Source: Candidatus Woesearchaeota archaeon
GTDB lineage: Archaea; Nanobdellota; Nanobdellia; Woesearchaeales; UBA11576
Assembly (NCBI GenBank): GCA_013203345.1
Contig: JABMQF010000062.1
Span: forward strand, 2,490 to 66,489
Direction: 5' to 3'
Length of the DNA stretch: 64,000 nt
Below the pieces are notes generated by a model. It did not search any database. It saw nothing but the letters and a program-made list of their open reading frames with translations, and was not told the DNA's origin. Made by a program: the position numbers and the translations under genes. Below, in pieces: positions 55,240 to 64,000 of this stretch (position 1 is its first letter; each line of letters begins with the position of its first letter).

Positions 55240-57531
55240 TCATTCTATTGAAAGCGTTATGTTCTGGGCACCAAACAATGTGTGACCACCTTTTCTTATG
55301 TACAATTTATGAACGCCTGGCGATACCCTGAAGTCACCGTCAAGACGTATATCAAGATAACGCAATTCTGTTCTCAACAAATAAGAGGAAATACCTCTTT
55401 CAAATCCAAACATAGGATTCACAACATCCAGGAATGTGTTCTCGGCAAGCTCTGATGCAACAGAACCTGTGTCAAAAGGCCGCGTCATGTAAAGTTTGAT
55501 AGTATTTAATGATGTATCGGCCTGTAGTGAAGGCTCAGATATCGAACCAAGATCTTCAGTAGCGAGACCTACATAAGATGTTGTCTCATCAGCATTGCAG
55601 ATGTATGGCAGAGCTGTTGCAGAACAACCAGGATACCGCACCCTCAATGTCTTGTTCATGAAAGGCTGTTCACCTGGCGCAACAGTTATGAAAACTCCTG
55701 GACTGCGAGCCATAGCACCATTAGAATTGTTAGTCAATGCATATATCTCGTCCTGACCGAGCTCAACAGTTATGTTCTCAAATGAAGCTGTGCCTTCGAA
55801 AACCTGCGGAAGGGAGACAGAGCTGCTTCCATCAGCATGCTCTGCCACGACCCTAACAGTCGCGTTGCTGCTCACAGACACCAGGACTGTTATGTTTTTC
55901 TCAAAACCATCAGTGATAAAGACCTCTCCGTTAAGCGGAGATACAACCATAGACTCGACTCCACCAGCAGCAACAATTATCCTATAATGATTAGGATCGC
56001 CCCAATTGCCTGCCATATCCTTTGCCTTGACGTGGAAATAATATATTCCATCAGCAAGAAGATCATACACAGCTGTCCAGTCATTCCTTGCGGATCTTCT
56101 CTTAACCTCAATTGAATAATCAAGTGATGTTGTGTTCTCAACACAAGAGTTAGACTCATCACATACAAAACAACGAGTGGTGTTATCTACATCTGTAGCT
56201 GTGCGAGCTATCGCAAGAGGATTACGGTTATCATCATCGTCAGTCATTGCTGCGACTACAACATAAAGGTCGTCGACATCTTCATTTAAAGACTCATTCA
56301 CCACGAGCTCGAAAGAATAGATGCGCGCAAGACCCATTGTCTCTGCATAACGCACATCGAACTCTTCTGAATATATATTTGACACTGCACTGCCTGTAAG
56401 GTTGAACAGGGATACTAGCGTGCCACCAGTGTTCCTTGCAAGATATACCCTAACACCCGAAAGGTCAGAGTAATCACTAAATTGCTCAGCAAGAGCCACC
56501 CTGACAAGAACAGTGTCATTTACAGAAATATTAAAATGAAGCTGACTGAACACAGAATACGCAAGTCCTGTTCCATTGTTCTTCAATGTCTGATTATCAT
56601 TTCCTTTGCGCAAACGCTCAAGACGCTCCCATCCTCTTGTGTCAATATAATTATCAGGTGATGTGCCGGGTACTGAATCCAAGATGTAAGAATATCCGTC
56701 TATACCTGACATCATTCCTGCGCTGAGGATGTCATCTGCGCTGAAATTGAAAAGAGCATAAGATATATCATAAGGAAGAGATTGTGATGGGTGCGATGTG
56801 CTTGTAACATTAGGCGCGCCAGGTCTTGTCAGATCTATAAAGACTCCGTCGGATGATGTGACTGATGAATTGAAACCCGAAGGGTTGTATGCCATCACCT
56901 CAAAAGAATAATTATTTCCCTCATCAAGCGCAATGCCTGTGATGTCTACGCTTGTCGCTGTGTTTGCATCTATCCAGACGCATGAGCCAAAGCAAGAACC
57001 ATTCTCAAGTACACGATACTTATAATATAATGTGGATATATCCTCTGTTGCGTTGCGCCATGATGCTGCGAGGGTCGTGTTGCTGTTCCACCAATCAATA
57101 TCCTCAGTACCCCTTCCGTCGATGACTATTGGCGGCAGAGGTTTTGTGTAATCCTGAACAAATCTGTACTCAATAGAATCATTGAAACTAGACGTATGAC
57201 CTGCAAGGTCTCTCAATCCAAAGAAGACAGTCTTATTTCCATATCCCTCACTAAGTATCCAGGCCTTCACAGTTGTGCAAGGCTCCCAAAGAGCTGAATC
57301 AAGATTTGAAGCGACGTCATTAGCCCACCGACAGAAATCAATACCATCAGAAGAACTGTAAGATAGATTGAGCAGAACATTCCTTGTTCCTGTCACTGTT
57401 GTTCCATTCGGACCATATATGGTGATGTATCCTGAAGGTATGTCCGCAGCAACGATGTTCACCAACAACAGCAGTAAAGCTACCATCAGGATACTCGTTC
57501 CAAACAACCTCCTGATTCTTTCCGATATCAT
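55240..57531 (-). CDS. Large secreted adhesin-like protein, paralog 2
   Basis: Signal peptide; shared CRWAND..WE.C..KAWILS, DIDW.NSNTTL, FHVKAKD.AGNWG and FLDxxNPxFG modules. Confidence 0.85.
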   Translation of the reverse strand: MISERIRRLFGTSILMVALLLLLVNIVAADIPSGYITIYGPNGTTVTGTRNVLLNLSYSSSDGIDFCRWANDVASNLDSALWEPCTTVKAWILSEGYGNKTVFFGLRDLAGHTSSFNDSIEYRFVQDYTKPLPPIVIDGRGTEDIDWWNSNTTLAASWRNATEDISTLYYKYRVLENGSCFGSCVWIDANTATSVDITGIALDEGNNYSFEVMAYNPSGFNSSVTSSDGVFIDLTRPGAPNVTSTSHPSQSLPYDISYALFNFSADDILSAGMMSGIDGYSYILDSVPGTSPDNYIDTRGWERLERLRKGNDNQTLKNNGTGLAYSVFSQLHFNISVNDTVLVRVALAEQFSDYSDLSGVRVYLARNTGGTLVSLFNLTGSAVSNIYSEEFDVRYAETMGLARIYSFELVVNESLNEDVDDLYVVVAAMTDDDDNRNPLAIARTATDVDNTTRCFVCDESNSCVENTTSLDYSIEVKRRSARNDWTAVYDLLADGIYYFHVKAKDMAGNWGDPNHYRIIVAAGGVESMVVSPLNGEVFITDGFEKNITVLVSVSSNATVRVVAEHADGSSSVSLPQVFEGTASFENITVELGQDEIYALTNNSNGAMARSPGVFITVAPGEQPFMNKTLRVRYPGCSATALPYICNADETTSYVGLATEDLGSISEPSLQADTSLNTIKLYMTRPFDTGSVASELAENTFLDVVNPMFGFERGISSYLLRTELRYLDIRLDGDFRVSPGVHKLYIRKGGHTLFGAQNITLSIE

Positions 57532-60500
57532 GATAATGACCTCACACTGATATTAACCCGCCCGTCAGCAGTGAACCCTGTGTTTCTGAAAACAAGAGAG
57601 TACGCTCCTGCGCTGAACCTCTTATCACCCTCGAGATATATGTTAGCAGGCCTCAACTCTGTTCGTATTATGTAATACGCAACACCTCTTTCAATACCAA
57701 AAGCAGGATTCACCCTGTCAAGGAAATCATCATCATCAAGATCATCCTCAACACCTGACTGGTCCATCAAATCAGTAGTGGCGAAAAGCTTTATCGTAAC
57801 AATACTTGTATCCGACTCTATTGATCCTGTATTAAAAGCCGCTGCATTGTTCTCTGTTGCTATACCTACGACAATATCCCCTTCATCCACTCCTCGGATA
57901 TGATTTGTCAGTATACCCGCATTACCATAAGAAACCCTAATGGTCTTGTTTGACTCAGGCAGACCTACCCCCATACGAACAAAAACAGACTGTGAATAAG
58001 AGATAACATCATTAGCAGGATTTACCGCTGTCGCGTATATCTCATTTGTCCCATTATCAAGAACAACATCAAACGTTCCGTCTCCATTGAAAAGCTGCAA
58101 GGCAGATGTGGATAAATCACCATCCTCATTCACAACAGTAACTGAGACATTGGCCAGCTGATCAACATCAACAACCACAGGTATGTTGGGGCTATTGAAC
58201 AACTGTCCTGTGAACGGAGAGGTTATTCTCGCCGAGACAGCGGCGGTGTCTATGACAATATTGTAATGTGACGGGTCGCCCCAGTTTCCTGCCATATCCT
58301 TTGCCTTTACATGGAAGTAATGATTGCCGTCTGGGAGATCAAAATCAACATCCCACACATCACCTGAATCCATATGCCTGGCCTCGACAGAATACTCAAC
58401 TGAATATGTATTCTCAACACATGCGCCAACCTCATCGCAGACAAAACTCGCTGTTGTATTGTCAACAAACGCCAAAGTATCAGTACCTCCAACATCAAGA
58501 GGATTGCGATTGTCATCATCAGAAGGCATACCTGCTACAACAACATAAACATCCGCGAATGAATCGTCAATGGATTCGTTGACTGTCACGTCGAACTGAT
58601 AGATGCGCGACAAAGACATATCATACGAATAAACAAAGTCTCTTGATACATCAATAATATCAGACACAGCATTAGCTGTGATGTCAAAGCCTGATATTGG
58701 CATACCTTCTCCAGTTGTTGCCAGATAGATGCGGAGCGACATCAAATCTGTCAGGTCTGAATCACGCTCTGCAACGACGACACGAATGCGCACTGTGTCA
58801 TTGACAGACAAGTTAGTGTGCACCTGACTGAATACAGCATATGCAGAACCTCCCATATCATCCCTGATAGTTGTGTTGTAAGTTCCTCTAATCATAGGCC
58901 TTACAACCTGCCAGTCCCTTGCTTCAACATTATCATCAGGAGCACTGCCAGGATACATACCTACCATATATGAATAACCATCAATACCTGAAATCAAGTC
59001 TTGCGCAGTGAAGTTAAGCAGCACATCACTACTTCCGTAAGAAGTACCTTCTATTGGATGAGTCAAGCTAGTTATGTCGGGCGCTGTCGGAGGGGTCAGA
59101 TCAATGATAACACCGTCGGACGAAGAGGTTGCGTTAAAACCTCCCTCTATGTAAGCTGTGACCTCAAAAGTATAGTTGCTTCCCTCATCAAGAGATAGAT
59201 TAGGGACAGTGACGTCTGTTCGTTCACCCACATCAGTCCAGTCACACCCGCCAAAGCATGAACCGTCCTCAAAAATCCTGTACTTGTAATATATATTTGA
59301 AATATCATCTGTCGCGTTCCACCAGTAAGCTGAAAGGGTTGTGTTGCTGTTGACCCAGTCAATGTCAATACCTGTATCACCGTCATATACAACTGGCGCT
59401 GTCGGCGGAGTATAATCCTGAGTGAACCTGTAAGTTATGGATGTGTTCATCACCGTAGTCTGGGGCTTGCAATCCCTCAACTCGTAGAAGACAGTCTTGT
59501 TGCCTTCTTCTTCTGACAAAATCCAGGCCTTTACACCTACACAAGATTCCCAAGACATGCTGCCGAGATTGGACGCGTTGTCATTCGCCCAGCGGCATGC
59601 AGGCAAGCAGAAATCATCTGCATAAGTCAAGTTAAGGAAAACCATCCTTGACCCTGTGAATACTGTGCTTCCATTCGGACCTACAATATCTATAGATCCT
59701 GTCGGAGGATAATCAATCATCGGACCGTTGTCAGATACTGATCCTACAACATTTCCACCAGTCGCAGCAGAATAAGGATAAGCTGTTCCAGAATCACCAT
59801 ATCCATCTATGTTTGAGTCGACGATGTCCAAAGAACCTATATCATCCCATAGGTTTCCACGCTGACATAGAGCACCACATGCTGAACCATTATCAACACT
59901 CCATAGGTTGAGTGCGGATTGGTCATTTGCAAGACCTAGCGTCGCGCTTCTGAATTGATTGAAGTAAAAAGTGTTACCTGACGAGGGATTTGCAAGGAAC
60001 ACATGATAACTAGTGCTGTTTTCGAATGTGCTGTTTTTGACGATGTTGTCATTGCTGTTAAGGGTGAATTGGATCCCCCAGTCATTATCCTCGAAAAGTA
60101 CATTTTCAATCAGACTGTCACTTGAACCCTGCAAATAGATACCCGTATCTCCGTTGTTGTATATATCTGAATCTTCTATCACAGTGTCGGTGGCAGTTAA
60201 TATATTGAATCCATTCCCTGTGTTTGAATAAGAACGGATAAGCGAAAAGTTTGACTGAATAGAATTTTGGTAATCAAACCCTTGTTTTACATTATTGCGG
60301 GAAGTCAGGTTATGGAATGAACAGAAATCACCCTCAAGAGAGAAACCTGTGCTGTAATTAACAGCTTCACATCCTGAAATATTTACCTGGTGCTGATTAA
60401 CAGAATAGAAACCACTACCAGTATCGTCACCTATTATTATTGTGTTGTTGCATGTAAGTGAAACAGATCCTGCAGTTATCCTGACAACACCATCACCTGC

Positions 60501-60695
60501 TGTGTCGACTATGTTGAAAGTTCCTGAACATAGCGTCGTGTCTGAAGATATATCAAGATTATCAGACGGGTTGACACACTGCGCAGAAGCGAATGATGCG
60601 AAAATTGCTGTTAATACTACACATAACAGAATCATCATTAATTTTCTCGTCCCTGCAGTTCTTGTCCATGCAGAGCACTTATTGAATAGCATCAT
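57528..60695 (-). CDS. Large secreted adhesin-like protein, paralog 1, with an N-terminal parallel beta-helix (NosD/pectin-lyase-like)
   Basis: Signal peptide; GIYLQGSSDSLIEN..GIQF..SNDNIVKN beta-helix repeats and GNLWDD, followed by the shared modules. Confidence 0.85.
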   Translation of the reverse strand: MMLFNKCSAWTRTAGTRKLMMILLCVVLTAIFASFASAQCVNPSDNLDISSDTTLCSGTFNIVDTAGDGVVRITAGSVSLTCNNTIIIGDDTGSGFYSVNQHQVNISGCEAVNYSTGFSLEGDFCSFHNLTSRNNVKQGFDYQNSIQSNFSLIRSYSNTGNGFNILTATDTVIEDSDIYNNGDTGIYLQGSSDSLIENVLFEDNDWGIQFTLNSNDNIVKNSTFENSTSYHVFLANPSSGNTFYFNQFRSATLGLANDQSALNLWSVDNGSACGALCQRGNLWDDIGSLDIVDSNIDGYGDSGTAYPYSAATGGNVVGSVSDNGPMIDYPPTGSIDIVGPNGSTVFTGSRMVFLNLTYADDFCLPACRWANDNASNLGSMSWESCVGVKAWILSEEEGNKTVFYELRDCKPQTTVMNTSITYRFTQDYTPPTAPVVYDGDTGIDIDWVNSNTTLSAYWWNATDDISNIYYKYRIFEDGSCFGGCDWTDVGERTDVTVPNLSLDEGSNYTFEVTAYIEGGFNATSSSDGVIIDLTPPTAPDITSLTHPIEGTSYGSSDVLLNFTAQDLISGIDGYSYMVGMYPGSAPDDNVEARDWQVVRPMIRGTYNTTIRDDMGGSAYAVFSQVHTNLSVNDTVRIRVVVAERDSDLTDLMSLRIYLATTGEGMPISGFDITANAVSDIIDVSRDFVYSYDMSLSRIYQFDVTVNESIDDSFADVYVVVAGMPSDDDNRNPLDVGGTDTLAFVDNTTASFVCDEVGACVENTYSVEYSVEARHMDSGDVWDVDFDLPDGNHYFHVKAKDMAGNWGDPSHYNIVIDTAAVSARITSPFTGQLFNSPNIPVVVDVDQLANVSVTVVNEDGDLSTSALQLFNGDGTFDVVLDNGTNEIYATAVNPANDVISYSQSVFVRMGVGLPESNKTIRVSYGNAGILTNHIRGVDEGDIVVGIATENNAAAFNTGSIESDTSIVTIKLFATTDLMDQSGVEDDLDDDDFLDRVNPAFGIERGVAYYIIRTELRPANIYLEGDKRFSAGAYSLVFRNTGFTADGRVNISVRSLS

Positions 60696-61762
60696 CTTGC
60701 CACCTGCACCTCCAACCATTTCCTGAACACAGGGTCATTGATCTCAAACATACCTCTTGATTTAAGGGTAAGAAAACCTTTTTCCTCCATTATCGAGAGG
60801 AATCGTCTTACGTTTGTCCGTGAATAATCGATTATGCGCGATATCCTCGACGGAGTGTTAACATCATGCTCTGCCATGCAGACAATTATGGGCAGCTCTT
60901 TTGGGCTAAGCTGCCTTAGTCTCTCTGAATAGTAAGTGTGCAGCTCATTTTTGATAGCATCCTTTGCAAGTAAGTTGATTGCCTCGGCTGTTGCCGCAGA
61001 TGAAAGCTTTGCAAGCCTTGCAATATAGTTTATGTAGAAAGGAACACCACCTGAAAAATTATAAATCGCATTAAGTGCTGCCTCTTTTATCTCTACATTG
61101 TTTGACGATATGTATTCACGTGCATAAGATATTGGCATCAGAGGAATATTGACTGAATCTATATCCGCAACCTTGTAATGTGATGCAAATACAAAGACAC
61201 ACTCTCCTGACTGGCCTGCATATTCGAATAGAGCAGACATCGATGCATGTTGTGACTTCATTCCAGCAAGACGGTCTGCATCGTCGACAAGAATCACAGG
61301 CACTGTGTTGGTCTCAGTTGCTATCTTAGATGGCAATGATATGAAAACATTTACAACATCATCAATAGAAATTGTTTTGTCTTGCTTGTGAAACAGTAAA
61401 ATCTTGATGTCCCTGCGCAGGCCATCACTAATCTTCAGTTCTGAAAGTTTGCTGTCTATGTCAAGAATTGACGCAGATAAGATCTTTTCATATTCAATGA
61501 ATACATCTTTGTAAGCCTGAAGCAATGAGATGAGATTTGTGCGAATATATGATTCAAGACCTGTGCATTCTGCAGAGAATATGATTGGCATATTAGGTTT
61601 CTTAAGCGAGTTTGCAATATCAAGAAGGAAAGATGATTTACCATATTTGTCTGGCGCGACAACAATCTGGTTTTTGCCTGCCTTTATTGTCTGGAGCGCA
61701 GAATCCAGCTCTTGCTGCCAGTATCGTCGCTGCATCAACATAGGTTGTAGGCTTAACACCAA
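60692..61762 (-). CDS. Archaeal AAA+/P-loop ATPase with a C-terminal winged HTH
   Basis: APDKYGKS (Walker A), ILVDDAD (Walker B), SGGVPFYI and TPSRISRIIDYSRTNVRRFLSIMEEKG. Confidence 0.8.
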   Translation of the reverse strand: MVLSLQPMLMQRRYWQQELDSALQTIKAGKNQIVVAPDKYGKSSFLLDIANSLKKPNMPIIFSAECTGLESYIRTNLISLLQAYKDVFIEYEKILSASILDIDSKLSELKISDGLRRDIKILLFHKQDKTISIDDVVNVFISLPSKIATETNTVPVILVDDADRLAGMKSQHASMSALFEYAGQSGECVFVFASHYKVADIDSVNIPLMPISYAREYISSNNVEIKEAALNAIYNFSGGVPFYINYIARLAKLSSAATAEAINLLAKDAIKNELHTYYSERLRQLSPKELPIIVCMAEHDVNTPSRISRIIDYSRTNVRRFLSIMEEKGFLTLKSRGMFEINDPVFRKWLEVQVAR

Positions 61763-61789
61763 TTCTCACCATATTTTTTGTAAATCTGA

Positions 61790-62450
61790 ACAAAGTAGTA
61801 AAATATTTTTATAATAATTTTTTTTATTAGGTATTTAAATATATATAAATGTTTTGGTATCATTAACGCGCCACTACAATCAAAAGTAAAAATATAAATA
61901 AATATTTTGTTAATAATTATTTTTATTAAATTGTATAAAACGCGTTGCTTGCGCCGGATCAGAGGATTAAAAGAGCGTGATAAAAAACAATACCTAATAA
62001 GTAATGTAATTTTCTATTTGATTAATAAAATACCTATAAGACAATAAGTTTTAACATTTTTCCATTAATATAATCTATAAAGTAATTCAATCAGTCATAA
62101 AGTAATTTAATTAGCCATAAAACAATATGAATATCTATAAGCAAAATACATAATCAAAAAAAAGGGCGAAAAAAGCAATATCTCATTGTTTGACGTGCAA
62201 CAATTAACCCCTGCCAGGCCGTGTAGTGATGCTATCTGATAGTATCAAGAAACAAACAAGAAACATAACCTATACAGTAAACTAATAATCTTTTTTTGGT
62301 GTATTTTTTGCCTTATAACGTTATCAAATATCCTAAAAAGAAAATAAGTTTGCATTTAGGTATAATATATACCCTATTGACCAAATGGTTCGTTATAAGT
62401 TATACACATTACCAAATAGATAATTATTTAAATGATAAGTTGTTAATACT
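61790..62450. other. About 650-bp AT-rich divergent intergenic region with repeats
   Basis: 20-bp periodic units at 62077-62146; AATACCTA(A)TAA copies at 61824-61835 (minus strand), 61989-62000 and about 62029. Confidence 0.6.
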
Positions 62451-62456
62451 GCGAAT

Positions 62457-62708
62457 ATGTCAACACCTCTACCAAAGTGGGTAATGCAGAAGTATGCGAA
62501 AATATGGCAAGAACTTCGCGATAGTAGCTTTGATCATCAGAAAGCAACAGAAATTCTCGACGATAATGTGAGCGTAATCCTATCACACCTACGCAAAAAT
62601 AGTTGGCTAGAAATAAATCTTAATCCAGAAGACAGCAGAAAAAGAATTTACAGGCTCAAAAAACCTGAGCAAATAATAAATGAGATGAAACAAGATGGTA
62701 AACAATAA
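62457..62708 (+). CDS. Small winged-helix protein
   Basis: FDHQKATEIL..VILSHLRKNSWL..PEDSRKRIYRL (MarR-like wing). Confidence 0.75.
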   Translation: MSTPLPKWVMQKYAKIWQELRDSSFDHQKATEILDDNVSVILSHLRKNSWLEINLNPEDSRKRIYRLKKPEQIINEMKQDGKQ

Positions 62709-64000
62709 GACCGGTACTAAAACCTCAACGAACAGGCGAAACTCAATTATCGCAATTGCGCTAATAGTGATAATCGCCGCACTCCTCGCGACAAGCCTTG
62801 TGCTTCGCAAGATGGAAATAACCGGACTTCAAATATCCACAAGAGATCAACTTTTCTATTCTCAAGATGCAAGCCTAACAATAGCCACAGATCAGACAAT
62901 ACCCTGGCAAGTACCTGAACACCCTAATAAATTCCAGCTGAGAAAAATCAGCATGGATGGTGAGATAATCGGAGACGGCCAGGCAAGAATATATCTCCTG
63001 GCGAACGGAGAAAAATATCTTGTTCTTGACAACAGAGCCATAAATAGGCAATCAAATATGATAACTGGAAACCAAGTTGCAGAATCAGTAAACCAAGAAT
63101 CTGAAGAAGAACCAGGTGAAGAACAAGACGAAAAACCCGGCGAAGAATCCGACGAAGAACAAGACAAAAACCCAAATAAAGAATCAACAGAAGAAAAATC
63201 AATAGACCTCTCACTAGAATATCAAAAAGGAACAAGATGGGATGCAGACGATGATGGTAGGGCTTACAGCAGAGCTGATGCGGTTGATTTCACTGTTGAG
63301 AACACAGGGTTCAGCTGGAACGCAGACGGATCAAAAACATGCACAAAATGGACAATAACATCTCATGAAGGAATAGACACAAGCATATGTAATGGAGCAG
63401 AAGACTGCTGCGGACTTATCCAGCTTGCACCAACAAGCACTAACTGGGATGAACCATTCTATCTATATTATCAACAGCACGGTTCCACACTCGAAAACAC
63501 AGTGACAGCACAAGTAATATACCTTGACCAGAGTCTTGAACCAGGCAATGTCAGATTTGACAGCGCACAGAGTGAGACGAAGCAGCTTCGCGCAGCATTC
63601 CAGGAACCTGATATGAATGAATTCTCAGATACCTGTTCGCAGACATGCCAATTGCCAGAAGGACTCAAAGACACAGACTATGAACTTGTATTCGAATTAG
63701 AACAAGGCATGACAATCAAGATAAACACCATAAATTACATGTTAGAAGTCGTTGAAATTGAAGAGACACAAGTACAGTTCAACCCAGAGGTCGCAGACTC
63801 AAACGGAATCATAGTTCCAACATACATAGAATTCAAAGACCCTGACACAAACGATGTGATAGCCACAAAAAGAATCACAAAACAAAAAGCCAAGATAAAA
63901 GGAGAAAGACTGGTCTCACCAGAACAAGACAACACAATAACCGTACTGGAAGGCAGGTACAACATAGATGTTGAGATACAGGAAGGCCAACCAGTTGACA
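62695..64000 (+). CDS. Large membrane-anchored surface protein, 5' part (runs off the window; not in the ORF track)
   Basis: ATG at 62695: MVNNKTGTK..IIAIALIVIIAALLATSLVL..ITG; acidic linker and Cys-containing domain; no stop noticed before the window end. Confidence 0.8.
   Translation, partial: MVNNKTGTKTSTNRRNSIIAIALIVIIAALLATSLVLRKMEITGLQISTRDQLFYSQDASLTIATDQTIPWQVPEHPNKFQLRKISMDGEIIGDGQARIYLLANGEKYLVLDNRAINRQSNMITGNQVAESVNQESEEEPGEEQDEKPGEESDEEQDKNPNKESTEEKSIDLSLEYQKGTRWDADDDGRAYSRADAVDFTVENTGFSWNADGSKTCTKWTITSHEGIDTSICNGAEDCCGLIQLAPTSTNWDEPFYLYYQQHGSTLENTVTAQVIYLDQSLEPGNVRFDSAQSETKQLRAAFQEPDMNEFSDTCSQTCQLPEGLKDTDYELVFELEQGMTIKINTINYMLEVVEIEETQVQFNPEVADSNGIIVPTYIEFKDPDTNDVIATKRITKQKAKIKGERLVSPEQDNTITVLEGRYNIDVEIQEGQPVD

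Noticed and set aside
60692..61762. Orc1/Cdc6 initiator
   Set aside because: It has an AAA+-wHTH layout but lacks recognisable Cdc6 signatures (GxxGTGKT, LDE(I/V)D); it fits the generic archaeal ATPase family.
62077..62146. Periodic repeats as a CRISPR array
   Set aside because: The units are degenerate 20-bp tandem repeats without spacers, and there are no cas genes. The same applies to the operators at 5327-5439 and 7599-7695 and the 12-mer at 30761.

Overview
A 64-kb stretch of an archaeal chromosome, most likely DPANN (Woesearchaeota-like). This assignment is inferred from TTTATAAA-type TATA boxes, GGTGA/GAGGT ribosome-binding sites, archaeal class III signal-peptide pilins and many lineage-style hypothetical genes. 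I found no rRNA, convincing tRNA, CRISPR array, transposase or integrase. There are four blocks. (1) About 1-18 kb is an accessory resistance/secondary-metabolism island: three MFS exporters, an APH/choline-kinase-like enzyme, two NUDIX hydrolases, two convergent HEPN-MNT toxin-antitoxin-like pairs with cognate 40-bp-spaced operators, a double-Lrp regulator with a divergent HemN-like plus B12-dependent radical SAM pair, an adenosine-deaminase-like protein, an S66/MccF peptidase and a methyltransferase. (2) About 18-30.5 kb is a cluster of uncharacterised genes. Five promoters share a GAC-N6-GTCAC-type motif ending exactly 28 bp before the TATA box, often with a second copy 75 bp downstream. 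This candidate regulon includes an operon with a coiled-coil-inserted TIM-barrel metalloenzyme flanked by an intact and a catalytically degenerate nucleotidyltransferase-HEPN paralog. (3) About 30.5-39.8 kb holds YhbY, a Kef-type K+ antiporter with an AbrB gene and a structured leader, and several bacterial-style proteins (Hanks kinase, OmpA-like lipoprotein, RsbW-like ATPase). (4) About 39.9-64 kb is a type IV pilus operon preceded by three paralogous adhesin-like proteins and a tail-fibre-like protein. One adhesin gene appears interrupted by an 854-bp HTH-MNT cassette bounded by an in-frame 11-bp direct repeat. An AT-rich, repeat-containing intergenic region sits at the strand switch. All function calls come from reading motifs by eye; no searches were run.
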